A stretch of DNA of 64,000 nucleotides from Azolla caroliniana (taxonomy: Eukaryota; Plantae; Polypodiophyta), in the NCBI GenBank assembly GCA_043228905.1, contig JBHGNT010000013.1, positions 3,348,001 through 3,412,000 on the forward strand, given 5' to 3'. Made by a program: the position numbers and the translations under genes. The notes beneath the pieces were generated by a model. It was not told the DNA's origin and did no database searches. It saw nothing but the letters and a program-made list of their open reading frames with translations. Below are positions 33,901 to 48,079 of this stretch, piece after piece (position 1 is the first letter of the stretch; every line of letters begins with the position of its first letter).

Positions 33901-36859
33901 GGTGTGATTTGTGAGCTCCTTCGATGTAGCTCCAGTTGCCTTGTTCGACAAGGTATTGATGCATCTTGTATTCCCAAGATGCAAAGTTCATTTTGTTGAG
34001 CTTCTCAGTAGGAAGAGTGCTTCCCATTTCAGTATTCATGGTGATTTTTTCTCTGTCGATGGGCCGGTTCTGTTGATCGTCAACGTGCAACACAACACAG
34101 TCGAAAATGCTTGATCAGGCAACCCCAAGCTCTGATACCATGTAACGAAATGAAGGCAACAGTGATTGCAATGCAACGGAAGATTATTGAGAGTGTATGT
34201 GTGTGTGTGTGGCAACAAAGGGAGAGAGAGAGAGAGCTCTTGAGACAAATATGGAAAAACTGTATATTAACCAAAATACATAAAAAATAAAACATCCAAC
34301 TCACTAAGTTACAATGCATTGGTTTATATACCAACTAAGCTAGGGCAAGTGACCTTTTTACTATTTACAAAACTAGCCCAACATGTCCATGAGCTAGTGT
34401 GAAACCTATCTATGAGAAGTTGAGTTCGACTCTCAACACCTAGGAAGTACTGAAGGTTCCCTGGGTCCTCCATGTTGAATGATGCCGCGAGGTGGGACTT
34501 TACGTGACTGATTTCATTTAGGTCGGCGTCGGCGATAACTAAATCATCAACATAAAGTAATATACTAACTCGTCCATGTCGAACTTGCCAGACGAACAAT
34601 GAAGAGTCTGATTTGTACGTCGCAAACCCCATCCGACATAGGAGCTGCGTGATCTTCACGTTCCATGCACACGGGGCTTGCTTTAGTTCGTAGAGGGACT
34701 TCTTCAGTTGGCATACAGCCAAGGTGTTCTTTCCAGACTGAAATCCGGGGGCTGTAACATGTACACCTGTTCCCTATGTTCTCCTTGCAAGAACGCATTC
34801 TTTACATCCATCTGATGTAAATGCTACCCCATTACCATGGATACCACAAGCAGGACACATACGGTTGTCATCTTCGCGACCGGAGCAAAGATCTCATTGT
34901 AGTCGATGTCGTGTTGCTGTGCGTATCCCTTCGCCACTAACTGGGCCTTGTAGCGGTTCACCGAGCTGTCAGTGTTGTACTTGACCTGCATCCAATCGGC
35001 TTTACACCCTTCGGTGCGTCAACCAGGTCGCATGTTTCATTTTCCGCTAATGTGTGCATCTCTTTCTCCATTGTGGCACACCAATTTGTATCCTTCTCCG
35101 CTTCTACATAGCTCTCCGGCTCACACACTTTTGCCACTCGCGTCATGTACGCATAATGATGTGCCATGTACTCGTTGTATCCGAACCACACCACGGGATT
35201 CTTCTAGGGGGTAGATCGGCGTAATTGCTCATTAGCCGATGTTGAGGCCCTCCTGGCTGACGCGGACTTCATTTGCGGATGTCCATCTTCGTTCTTCTCA
35301 GGGTCAGATTTGCTTTGATCTGACTCGTCTTTATTAGTGTCTTTTTTCTCTTTGCGGGTAAACCATCTCATCGGCTTTCGGCGCGATGCACGGCCGAGTC
35401 TCCACTACTCGCTGGCTCTATGTTTGACTGGTCATGCCGACTCAACCGTTCATTTGGCCCAGTTAACCTGAATGTGATCAGACTCTCTGCAAGAGCTCTG
35501 ATGTCTCCTTCGTTCTGAGGCATTTCACCCTCGTTGACCTCTTCATCAAGGATCGAAATGGAGTCGTCAGGGGTTGAAGGCGAAGGCAAGTACCAGTACG
35601 CGGACTTGTTGAACACAACATCACAACTTACGTGAGCTTGTTTAGTTCAGGGGTTAACCAGGATACAATTCTAGGCTTTGGCGTCTAGCTTCCTCCATTT
35701 CTCAATCAGCACATGCACATATGCGATGCTATTCAAAACTCTCAAGCGTGCCAAGTTCGGCTTCTTCTTGAAGTACAACTCATGTGGCGACACTCCTCCA
35801 TTGGCAAATGTCTGATTATGGAGGTAGACGGTTGGTCTGATCACTTCAGCCCTATAGAACTTCGGCAAATGCTTCTCTTCAAGCATTGCCCTTGCCACCT
35901 CCTCTATTGTCCGATTCTTCCTCTTGACAACGTCGTTCTGATGTGGGATGTATCTACACGAGAATTCACATCAAATTCCCTCCTTCTGTAGATAACTCGA
36001 GAATTGGTCGGAGAAGTACTCCTTCCCGCGCTCGGACCTTAGATAGTTGATTTTTCGCCTGATTTCCCTTTCCACAAGGTTGTTTACCTTCTGGAAACAT
36101 GCAAAGACTTCGTTCTTTTTCACGATCATGTACGCCCAAGTGTGCCGAGTGAAGCCATCAATGAAGGTTACGAAGTAACGGGTTCCTCTGAGGCTCACGT
36201 TCTGTGATGGTCCCCATAAATCTGAATGGATCACATTGAGCGGATTTTGACTCCGATTACGCTCATTGAGGAATGGAAGTCGGTCTTGCTTCCCGAGTTG
36301 GCAGGCTTCGCATACTTGGCCGTTCCGGTCACTAAATTTCGGCAATCCGAAAATAATGTTTTTCGTCTGCATTTCATGAAGCTGCAGGAAGTTAACATGG
36401 AATAGATTTGCCTCGTGGCAAGTGGTATGGGGATTGGGATGAGAACACATGGATTTTGACACTAGATGCCATTGAGCGATGATGATGATCAGAGGAAAGT
36501 ACTGAAAATGGAAGAGAGAGAAGCTATGATGATGAGGTCATATATGCATGTTTTCTTCTTTGAAGACACCATGGTTGCTCTCCTCGTGTCTTCTTTCTCT
36601 GTTCTTCTTCTATGCTTCAAATAGATCTCTTCTTCCTCTCGTTCTCTCACATGCTCATCATGAAATCCATTGCCGTCTTGACAAGAACTCGCACCACCAG
36701 CCATCTCTGGATGTCTCTAAATTAGACCAAGCTAGAAGAGAGATTGTTTCCATCCAGAAGCCAGAGTTTCTGCCTCCAAGTGAGCAAAAGATGATTGAGT
36801 GTTTATAGAGGCGGTATCAGTGGTTACGGGAGAAAGTGGATGACAGGTAGTTCACCCTT

Positions 36860-39198
36860 GTGAAGATCCATTGATATGGTCTCGTCCAATGATCAACATG
36901 TCATCCACATATAGTAGAAGGATTAGGAAGTCTCCTCCATCAAACTTCTTCACGAACACATTGTGGTCGGCCTGCGTCTTGTGGTATCCTTGGTCGGTTA
37001 TGAAGGATTCGAACTTCTAGTACCATTGTTGGGGAGCTTGCTTTAGTCCGTATAAGCTTTTTTCAACCGACACACTAGATTCTCCTTTCCTTTCTTGACA
37101 AATCCCTCTAGTTGGTGCATGTAAATCTCCTCCTTGAGGCCCCCATAAAGGAACTTCGTCTTAACATCGAGTTGTTCGAACTCGACGTCCATGCTTGCTG
37201 CTATGCTCAACACCGTCTTGATGGATGTCATCTTGATTACCAGGGCAAAAATCTCATCGAAATGCACTCCTTTCTTCTGCTAGAATCCCTTCACCAGAAT
37301 GCGGGCTTTGAACCTCGGTGGATTTCCGGCGTCTCCCAGTTTCAACTTGTACACCCACTTGTTCCGAAGCACTCTCTTTGCTTTCGGCATCTCTGTTAGT
37401 TCATATGTGTGGTTCTCATGTAGGGAATCCATCTCATCCTGCATGGCAGTTAACCACTTGTAGTTGTGGGTGTCTTTCTTTGCTTCTTCAAAGCTTTCCG
37501 GCTCCCCCATGTCAGTTAGTAAAACATGCTCTTCTTTTGGAAATATCTGGGGGCTCTTCTCTCCCTGAGAGGATATCTTCTTCCTTCGTTCTCTGACACC
37601 GGCCAGTTCTTCATCTAAATCTGGTTCAAGATCTTGTTCGGTTTCAGTGTCCAGATCTTCTTTCGTCGATTCGGTTCCTTGTCTGGAACCGGCCAGTTCA
37701 TCGAGTGTCATCCGACTTCCAGCCGGATGGGTTCTTATATCCTTCAATCGATCTCTATCAGTCAACTCGGAATCCATTGTCTTCTTCTCTGACTCTTGTC
37801 AACAATGTTCTTATCCCACACTCGGTAGCCAAACTCATCATCCCCATACCCAAGGAATATGCATGGCCAGGACTTGGGATCCAATTTTGCTGCATTGTCC
37901 TTTGCTACATGTATGTAGGTAAGGCAGCCGAACAACTTCAAGTGTCGGTAAGACACGTCTTTACCGGTCCATACTCTCTATGGTGCGTCTCCGTCCAAAG
38001 GTGCTAACACTTGTCGTGATTGGCGATGTTCCTTTCTGATCTGAACTCTTTCCGTCTGGACCCTTCTTTGAGTTGGCATTGTTGGCTCCCCTTTTCTCCT
38101 TCCTGAAGTGTCGGCAATTCTTCTGTAGGTGGCCGGGCTTCCCACAATAGAAGCACATAGGCCTCCCCCTTAACTTCGACCATGTCCCCATTTGTCCCAG
38201 TTCTGAGGACTCCGATTCCGGCCTCTTCCTCGATGTACGTCAGTTTCGGTAATTAGGGTTTTTGGGTCGGAGATCATTTCGTTGTCTTTCCAATGAGCCT
38301 CTTCATCCAACAAGCTTGATTTTATCCTTGCTAGGGATAGGTGTTTCCCTTCTTGCTCGGCGTTGCCCAAAGTGACAATTGATGTCTCCCAACTATCCGG
38401 GAGGGAACCGAGCAGCAACAACGTGAGTACCTCGTCTGTTAGAGGTACTTCCAACAAGGTTGTTTGATTTATAAGCCCCTGGAAGGCCTTCATGTGCTCT
38501 ACCATGCTGGAACCGTCTTGATATCTAAGTCTCACTAACTTCCGAAATACCTAAACTTGATTAACAACATTCTTGTTCTCAAACATGATGCCTATCTTCT
38601 CCCAGAGCTCGTGAGCTTTCTTCTCCTCATTGAAGTTGTTATATAGGCTCATGTTGATGAAGCATCTAATGTAGGTTCTCATCTTCATGTGCATCACCTC
38701 CCATGTTGATGCATCAAGCTTGTCTGGTGTTTTGTCCCCGAACTGTACTAGTAGCCAGAGATCTTTAACCACTAGCATGTCGGGTTCATCTTCGACTTCC
38801 ACACTGAGTAGTTGGAGCCAATGAGCTTGAACATGCCGCCGAATGGATCTTCCATGCTCTTTCCTTTGTTGTTTGCTCTGATACAATATCGTTGGAAAAC
38901 ATGCTCGACCACAAGCAAGTTCCAAGTGCCAATGGAAGATTAACAAGAAATAAATCAATGCACTTACACAGTCAAACGAGATGACGCCAGATGTTAACGT
39001 AGAAAACCCTAATCGAGAAAAACCATGGGATCCCACAGACTCCAACTATCACTATGGGAGAAAGATGCTACAATATGAGTCTCGGAGGCAATGACCTTGA
39101 GCTCTATCTTCGCCAACCAACGGTTACAACAGAAAATACTCTCTCTCTCTCTCTATGCAACACAACAATAACTACAACTATTGCTATAACCATTTTCC

Positions 39199-39239
<41 letters not shown>

Positions 39240-39845
39240 GCAACACAATAATAACTACAACTATTACTATATGAGTCTCGGAGGCAATGACCTTGAGCTC
39301 TATCTTCGCCAACCGGTAGTTACAACAGAAAATACTCTCTCTCTCTATGCACTTACACAATCAAACGAGACAACACTAGACGTTAATGTAGAAAACCCTA
39401 ATCGAGAAAAACCACGGGATCCCACAGACTCCAACTATCACTATGGGAGAAAGATACTACAATATGAGTCTCGGAGGCAATGACCTTGAGCTCTATCTTC
39501 GCCAACCGGCAGTTACAACAGAAAATACTCTCTCTCTCTCTCTCTCTCTATGCAACACAACAATAACTACAACTATTACTATAACCATTTACCCTAGTTA
39601 TGTTTATACTTATATAAATTACTGACTATTTACAAATGTGGCCTCAACGGCCCATAAGAAACATATTTATAAATCTGTCTCTCTTCATGGTTCATACCGG
39701 ATCCGACCAAACTCCTTCCGGTTCCATCTGGTCCGGCTTTCGGCAATCCTTCCGGATCCATCTGATCTGGCTTCCTCCTCTGGCTCCTCCAATCCGGCTC
39801 GACCAGCCCCCATCTAGAGGGACCGATATTTCAAGACCTCCAACA
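36860..39845 (-). mobile_element. Internally deleted, 3'-truncated copia (Tnt1/Tork-like gag) with an expanded 5' LTR (about 38890-39845)
   Basis: gag LLLGSLPDSWE, CFYCGKPGHLQKNC, CIFLGY, RT KARILVKGF, QLDVKT and LYVDD; degenerate iMet PBS 38875-38886; LTR with internal duplications and (CT)n. Confidence 0.85.
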
Positions 39846-41188
39846 TGTGTCAAGTAGTGAAGTGGTGCCGTCGTCGATCCGATCCTCTCTTTTTTTCAAA
39901 AAGATACGCCTTGGTATTATAAAATCATAAGAACTACAAAAGTTGTGTTGGATAAACAAATATACCAATAGATTCATCGATCCGATCCTTATCTGACTCT
40001 CCATCCTTGTCTGCGCTTTCGACCTCTACCGGTTCCGCGTCGTGTCGTGTCGTTTCTTGAAGGCCTTTATCCGCTTCCCCGCAACTTATACTGTGATCCT
40101 CGTCCCATCAAGCTCAGCTAAGTGGTACATTGCATTTTCAATGGCACTCGTCCGACAAGTCGATCGCCATCCACGACAGTATCATTCTCTCCATCGGCAT
40201 AATTGCCTTCTACCCAAACATGAGTTCAACTAGCATGTATCCAGTCACCAAATTGTGCATAGTCCGGTTGGCCCATAGCCGATAAGGTAGAAGTATCGAC
40301 TGGTTACTTACTCATGTGTTGCATGCCCGCACTATTGCCTTGACGATCAAACCGTGCCCTCTTTCGACCTTTCTGTTTGCCTCCAGATTGAATGTTGTTG
40401 TGAGGGAAAGCTTGACCCTTACTCGGTTGAACAACTCCTCGACTTCTTGCGCGTCTATCTCCCCTTAGTCGACCACTATCTTCCAGATACACCCATACTG
40501 GCAAACCACATCTTCGATAAGGAACCGACATACCGCGGTAGTTGTCTTGGTCGTTAAGGACCAACCCTCGACCTGGATCATCAGGTTCTCTCTCGCAAGC
40601 TCCACGTACCTCATCTGCCCTACCCCCATTGCCATCTTCACCAGGTCGACCATCCACTTGAAGTGAGTGGTTGTTGGGTAGGTCGGGTGTAACTCATCTT
40701 GATACCGGATTCTGGAATGCACTTGGTAGCTCTTGCATGTCGTCATGAAGTGGTGCACATCGCGATACATTCCAAGTCACTAGTACCTCTCCTTGAGTTT
40801 TTCTAATGTGGCCCATGTACTCTGATGTCTGGACCATAGACTTTCGTGAAACTCCAACATCAACACAGATTGTTCTTCTATCCGCGCCACCACCCGGAGT
40901 GGTGTGTCGTTCCGCTTCTTTGGATGCCACCATATCTTACCGTCTTGCAAGAAGAACTTGTAGGCCATCTTCCGGATTCGACCGGTCTCTTCCTTCGTCC
41001 ACACTACATCCAACACCATCGTGCTTAGGAACCTTCCGATTAGAAGGAACTCCCTGTCATAGTTGTCCTCGTCGAACACGTTCAAGGACGGAGCACCTCG
41101 TTTAGTTGCCGACATCCGAGCCGACTCGAAGAAGTCCACTTGGACTTCTTCGTCTTCCGATACCATGTCGTCCTCTTATTCGAACCGT

Positions 41189-43774
41189 TGTCATGAAGAT
41201 TTCCAGCTTTTGTGTGAAACCGTGATGGAATGGGCAAGTCGGCAATGTGCAACATGTGCACATGTATTCTAGGAAAATGGTGTATACAATAAGAGGGAGA
41301 ATATATCCCACATGGTAACGTCCCTCCCTCCTTGGGCTATAAAAGGAAGGGAGGGGTCTCTTGTGGAGGGGTTGCCCATTTTGAGTTAGGAGGGTATACC
41401 ATTAGGTCCAAGGTATGATATTCTTTGTTTCTTCTTCTTACTTGTTTTCTGTTAGAGTTCCACGAGCTCTTCTTCTTCTTCGTCGTCGTCATGTGGGTTT
41501 AGTCTTCATGTCTGTTTAGGGTTTTGTCCGATTAGGAGCTCGTATGTCTAAAGTGGTTTAGGCTTCTACCCTGTCTCCTGTGCAAGACCCCGCTCGGCCA
41601 ACGAGCCCGAGAGCTCCCCGATCGGCAACTTGGCAACAGACTACTATTGTAACCTAACCTACCCTGGTCCGGCTCGAAGCCGGGTTTGTATCTTACTCTT
41701 CTACATATATAGTCAAGTTCTACGCATTTGTGTCTATGTCTGCGTCTTTGGAGTTTCTTCTTTCCCTTTCTGTACATAAGTAGTGTGCGTTGAGTCAGTG
41801 TTGCACGTATTCTCTCTCTCTATCTCTCTCCCTATCTCTCTCCCTCTCTCGTGTTCAATAGCCACCGGTACCCGTCTGGAATCGTTCCAGTTTGCACCAC
41901 ATCCGGTGCAACCGGGACCAGAGAGGGTCAGTCTCCCGACATTCATCTCTTCCTCGTCAAAGATCCCCGTGGTCCCGCCCCTTTCGACACATACTCGCGG
42001 AATACCGCGACATCTTTGGTGAACCCGACATGAAAGGGCAGTCGGGAAGAATGGAGTTGGAAGACGAGGACTTCACGGAGATGGTGGAAGAAGTGGTGAA
42101 GGAGTTCGGACGAGTGACGATGAGACGAGAAGGGGCACAACAAGCTATTGAGCGAGTGGTCGAAAGAGTCGGCCGTTTCAATGGGGACAAAGTCCCATTC
42201 TAGTTGGAAGCCTACAATGCAGAAATGGAGGTGCGAAGCGTAGACGAGGCGTTGAGGCTGGAGTTCTTCTGTCGGGTCGTTGCTGTCCGTATGCATGTAG
42301 AAGTAAAGGAACTCCGAAAAGCTAATAGTTTGTGGGAGGCTTTTGAAGAGGCGCTGCTGTAGCCATACGGAGGACGGCGGAAGAGTCGGGGACGACGCGA
42401 CTTCGACCAGTGGGTTGCATCGGTGAAGGCCCACCAGGGCACAACGAAGGTGTTCCGAGAGTTTGGGTGGCGGCTTGCTCGGCTTCTGGAGTGGGATCAA
42501 AGACTGGTGGGGGTGGACAAAGTCCTATTGTTCGTTAGATCGATCGGCCGAGCGGAATGGGAGGCCATCGGAATTGAGCTCGAAGACGATGATGGAGCAA
42601 ATGGCCTTACCGAGGACTTGTCGGAAGTCGAACGAGTATGCCGACGGTTGGATGAGGAGCGGTCCGCGAAAGGAAAAAGGAAGATAACACGCGATGGCGT
42701 GTCATCACGGCATGAGGCGGGCATGCAACAAGAAGGATCGGCAAAGCTTGATGTCGAAACCTTGGTCCGGGAAGCATACGAGGCTTTGAAGGCGATGGTC
42801 GATGAAGAAGAGAGATCCGGCACATGGGCGAATTCCATGTGCATTGAGGTGCTCGGGACGAGGAGACGGTTAGTAGGAAACCGGCAGGGCGGTTGGGTGC
42901 CGGGACGGTGGAGAACCTAGTTGATCGCCGTCACCAAAATCTCTTACCTTTTCCTTTCATGGCACATACCGTTAGATGTGCGCTTTGGTGGGGGTGGATG
43001 TCGTGAAGATTTCCGGCTTTGGTGTGAAACCGGGATGAACCGGGTATAGTAGGAAAATGGCGTATAGAAGAATAAGGGGGAGAATTTATCCCACATTGTA
43101 GCGTCCCTCCCTAAGGGGCTATAAAATGAAGGGAGGGGTCTCTTGTGAAGGGGTTGCCCATTTGGAGTTAGGAGGGCGTACCATTAGGTCCAAGGTATGA
43201 TACTCTTTCTTCTTCTTACTTTCTTGTTTTCTGTTAGGGTTCCTCGAGTTCTTCTTCTTCTTCTTCGTCGTGTGGGTTGAGTCTTCGTGTTTGTTTAGGG
43301 TTTTGTCTGGTTAGGAGCTCATATGTCTTAAGGGTTTTAGGCTTCTACCTTGTCTCCTGTACAAGACCCCACTCGGTGCGACGAGACTGAGAGCTCCCCG
43401 ATCGGCAACTTGGCAGCAAACTGTTGTTGTAATGTAACCTACCCTGGTCCGGCTCAAAACTGGGGTTGTATCTTACTCTTGTACATATATAGTCAAGTTC
43501 TGCGCATTTGTGTCTGTGTCTGCATCTTTGGAGTTTATTCTTTCCCTTTCTGTACATAAGTAGCGTGCGTTGAGTTGGTGTTGCACGTATTCTCTCTCTC
43601 CCTCCCTCTCTCGTGTTTGATAACCTCTGGTACGCGTCTAGAATCATTCCGGTTTGCACCACAGCCGGTGCTGCCGGGACTGGAGAGGGTCGGTCTCCCG
43701 ACATACATCTCTTCCTCTTCTGAGACCCCCGTGGTCCCACCCCTTTCGACACATACTCGCGGATTACTGCGACA
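41189..43774 (+). mobile_element. Non-autonomous gag-only LTR element E (TR-GAG-like, 2.6 kb)
   Basis: LTRs 41189-42012 and 42999-43774; TSD CCGT; Trp PBS 42017-42034; PPT; about 1 kb internal region with gag only. Confidence 0.92.
42051..42920 (+). pseudogene. Truncated gag (capsid region) of element E
   Basis: ERVGRFNGDKV, WEAFEEAL, DKVLLFVRSI and GLTED align to element C Gag; two in-frame TAG stops; no zinc knuckle or protease. Confidence 0.85.
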
Positions 43775-46700
43775 CCGTGCTCCTAATAGCATATCGGCCA
43801 TGGAGTTGTCTTTAACAGAGATGTGCCGAATCTCCGGGTTCAGGGACTTGATGTACGCGATCCACCTGAGCATCACCAAGTCTAGGGTCGCACATCCGGA
43901 AACCATCCTGATAATTGGGGGGCAATCTGACTCGATAATTACCTCCGTCCTGATCAAGTAATCTTTGCTAGCCTTTACCACCGAAACAATACCCCATAGT
44001 TCATGTTTAACTCGGGCTTATCCTCGCGCCACTCGCTTAGGACATTTGCATCGAATCAGATGACGAATCACGTTCCGTTTTCGTCTTCCTAGTTGACCAC
44101 CCACCCAATTCCGGTTAGACTCGTATCCGCCGTCACCTAGATCGGAGTGTCCGTCCTATACACGACTTTCTGGAGAGCCGGTGCCGTCGTCAGCATCCCC
44201 TTTAGTTGTTGAATCACCTCCGAGTGTTCTTCACCCCATTCAAATTTTCTCCCTTTCTTCAACAAGCCATAGAGTGGCTCGACGACATGTGCATAATGGG
44301 GAATGCAGATGTTGTAGAAGGCACATGCTCGAAGGAACCGTCAAACCTCCATGACCAACCTACACTCTTCCTTCATCACCGAGATGGCCTCTACCTTCGC
44401 TGGAGATAGTTTCCAATAGTATGGCCCGGATAGGTGTCCGACCACCAGGACCTCCAATTGTTCGAACATTGACTTCTCCCCGGAGAAGGTGAGCCACACG
44501 CCTTCTAGCCGGTCCAATATCTTCTCGCAATCGGCCATGTGGTCGTTTCTTCCTTTGCGTCCTCCGGACATCCCTTAATCGGGATGTCATCCAGAAATGC
44601 AATTCCTTAGCATTGTGATGTTCAAGATGCAATTCCTTAGCCCTTTCTTCAAAACATTCACCACATGTGCCCCCGAATTCATTCCTTCTTGCAGAAAGGT
44701 ACACATCCGAACTAAGCTGAGGGGGGTCCGCATTGTCGTGATGTCCCTACTCTCCACGGCTATTTAGAACTAGTCATACCCGGAGTATAAGTCATCGACC
44801 GAGTATATCAACCTTCTAGTGAAGGCCTTCACGAACTCATCGATTGTCGGCCCAACTCATGCATTCCGACAAGTTGTAGGTCTTGGATGAAGTGTTGCGT
44901 GTCGTACTTCTTCGGCAATGTGAACCACTGATTTGAATAAGGGGTACTCAACGGTTCGAGAATCCTCATCCTCGCTTTGTCTTTGAGCAACTCCATCAAC
45001 TTTGGAATGTGATCCCTCGACACCGGAATGATCTTCAGGTTCCATGGTATGTGAGGTACCGTGAATATTACCATTGGTTCAATGATGGTCGGGTCAACGC
45101 ACCTGATCTCCCCCAGTGAGAATGCAAAGGCTTTCCTGTGCCTCTCAAGCATCCTCCGAAACCGGTCCTCCTCTACCTGTAGTAGAAAGCCACCCCCACT
45201 GATCTTTAGCTTCTGTAGAGTTTCGTCGGTGAACCGGTGTACTAAGCCAGCCAAATCTTGCAAACTTGGGCCAGTCGCGACCCCTTTCATCTGCTCCCTG
45301 ATGTCCTCCGGTAAGGGAGCCATGACTGGCCTCACCTTCCGGTCCACATTCTTATACTTCATATCAACTCGGGCAGTCCGACCCAATACGACCATTCTCC
45401 CAAAGTCCGCGATGACTTTGTATATCTCAACCGATTTGACCGGAATCATCCGGACTTCGCTCAGATCCTCTTCGACTGCCCTCTCAATCTTCCTGAGAAT
45501 ATCATTGAATGAGACCGCATCCACAACGCAATTGATCTCGTGGTCGGGGCCCAAGGGCCCCCATTCCTTCAAGCCTTTTTCGATCCGTCTTTTTTTCCGG
45601 CTACCGACGCCAGTTATGGTACAACCTCCATTTCAAGAGAGCAAACATTTCCTACCTATCATACAGGTGTGGGGTTTCTCCCGGTTGTCCGGACTATCGC
45701 AGCCCCACGCCTTGATTGCCCTCTTAAAAAATCCTCTTGACCGTCCTTGTCGAGAGTGTCACGATAAACCCTAAACCGTTGTCCAGCACTTTGGTCTCCA
45801 TCCGAGCCGCCGTAATGTAAGGTTCACCGAAGATGACCAGATCAGAGGAGGATTCATGCACAAAGAAGTGTTGGTCAATCTGGACGTTACCGACCTTCAC
45901 CCGAACATTCGGGCACCCTCCTTGTAGCTCCTCTGTGGTTGAGGTCGCCGAGAGTATCTTCCACTCGTGCTTGGTGTTAATCGGCCACATCCCCTTTTTA
46001 TAGAATTCCATGGACATCAAGTTGATCTCTGAGCCATGGTCGATCAACGCCACCACCAGCTCCTTGATGTCGCCGACCTAAACCAATGTCTCTATTGTTG
46101 CCCTCACCCTGTGACACTTCATGTAGTCATTGTCGACATAATCATCTTTTACCACCACTTTGTCAATCAACGTCATCCTCACCTCGACCAGCCTTTCCGC
46201 TTCTGGCTCAGTTCACAGCCTGTTCCCATTCCCTAGATCAACGATGTCATCATGGAACTCCTTCGCTATCCCAAGCACTTCTCGCAAGGTGAATTCCACT
46301 TGACTATCGAGGATCCGCTCCTCTAAGACCTTTCGTAGGTTTATTTGTTGTCTTTTCGATTTCCGAGCCCAATCGGAAAATCGGGAACTTCCCCTTCTCC
46401 TTCTCTTGTCAGCCGACCGAACCGACATCCTCCTTCCTCGGCCTATTCTAGGTCTTGTACCGGTTCAAAGGACTGGCCCCTCCTACCTTTCTTGCCCGTT
46501 GGTCTTCCACTAGAACTTTGTAGTTCTGACGAGGACTTCTATGAAGCCGGTTTTTTCCTCAACCCGATCGTTTCACCCAGTGACCTCCTAGACCCGCCTC
46601 TCCGCGTGGTCCACTTCTTCTTTCCTTAGCCGAACTTCAGAGGGGCCCTCAAGCATCAATGGCCAGAATCCAGAATCGCACCTGGACACACGGCTTCCTC

Positions 46701-48079
46701 CTTATCCTACCCGGACCCCGCCGAATCCGAGTAGTGTATGGCCTTGGTGTTTTGGGCCGCGGCTTCCTCCATTACCCTCTTCATGCCACGTCATTCGAAG
46801 TTCATCTCGAGGGGTCTTCGCGTGTCGCTCACGTATACTCTACCATCCTACAAGTACACGACATTGTTACTCAACGCCTCGGTAAAGTGGATGCAATCTC
46901 TCCAGATGTGGCCGACACCATCGCACCATATGCACCTTTGGTCATTTGGAGGCTGCCAATCATGCAATTGACCCCCACCATCTCTCCGGGCTTGCGCGAT
47001 TTAGAGATCGCGCACCATCTTTGTTAGCTCTTCCAGAGTTGCACCTCCGGTTGATCCTTCGACCATGGTGATCGGAACCGGGCCCAACTCGAGCCGTCTT
47101 CTCGTTTCTTCTGAGCAAGTCGGAATCTCTTCGGCTCTCCTCCCGGTAGTTAGGCCAGCTAATGACATTCCATGGTCGTTCCAATCACGCTATTTGTCGA
47201 CATGGTTGCAGACTCTTTTAACCACGGCTCAGCCAACCGTGAGCCCTTCATCCATCTCCAAGAGGAGACCCACCTTCTCGCAGTCGAGCTAGTCAACCGA
47301 CTTGACAAACAACAGGACCTTGTTTGTATCGAGCACGGTCCGGTTCAGTGTCGAGAGTCGCACGAATTGCTTCTCAAACTCCTGAAAAAACGCTGACATA
47401 TTCCGTCCTTTGTCGGGGAACTCGACCCAATCCATAAACTCTTTCCTTGACAACTGGAACGAGTCATCGAAGTTGTACCTCTCGAGGAGCCGTCCCTCGA
47501 AAACCATCCATTCAGGACAATCTTCTTGCACTTCAAGCACCTTAGCGTGGATGCTCGGTGTAACAACCGGAGGGAATCCAGCCAACCGTTTGTCTTTCTG
47601 GACTATCCCTCATCATCATTTTGGCCTTATAGGCCTCGACATAGCTCGTTGCATCTTTTCTATTGCATCAGCCAATCGTGCTAACTATCGACTCAATGGC
47701 TCTATCAAGCGCGCTCGTGCCCTCTCAAGCATTCACCGGGCAATCTACACCTACCGCCATCGCCTCCGCTAGTTCGCTCCCCCACATCTTCGGACCAAGG
47801 AGCCGGTGATAGAGAGAGAAAGAGAGAGAGTTTAACGAATGGATTCACAGACACTCGGGCCTACATAGCACTCCGATCCGAACCTGACTCTAGATTCTGG
47901 ATGACGAGCACACGGGCTCAGGGACCCAAATGATCACGAGCAAACGACTAAGAAAACAGAAACGAGTAATCCCAAAACACTGAGAGAGAACACAACGAAT
48001 ATCAATATGATTAATCGGAGAATAAGAGATTACAACCGGATTTGGCCGGTGAGAGACCTTCATACTCACCACACACTCA

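Larger units (their letters stand above)
19935..34438 (-). mobile_element. Decayed Ty1/copia element D (contains the chromovirus composite)
   Basis: LTRs 19935-20231 and 34141-34438; TSD CCTAG (19930-19934 and 34439-34443); perfect iMet PBS 34129-34140; gag-PR-INT-RT at 34040-30927; RT/RH at 20924-20360. Confidence 0.92.
19712..36400 (-). mobile_element. Truncated older copia host D0 (INT-RT 34439-36400; RT continues 19934-19712)
   Basis: RT motif QYFLG|IEVIHTPDG is split by element D; integrase IHSDLWGP, FIDGF, LYVDD. Confidence 0.8.
40040..47790 (-). mobile_element. Decayed gypsy element H (same lineage as A and C), split by element E
   Basis: gag DKVLLF-like motif, ALIDHGSEINLM, GGATTTT at 45734-45728, pol fragments; ADMLLGAR|FE is split at 43775/41188. 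Confidence 0.88.

Noticed and set aside
45061-45774. 237-aa plus-strand ORF and similar antisense ORFs over pol genes
   Set aside because: Shadow frames of pol with no recognisable domain; no env or antisense gene is supported.
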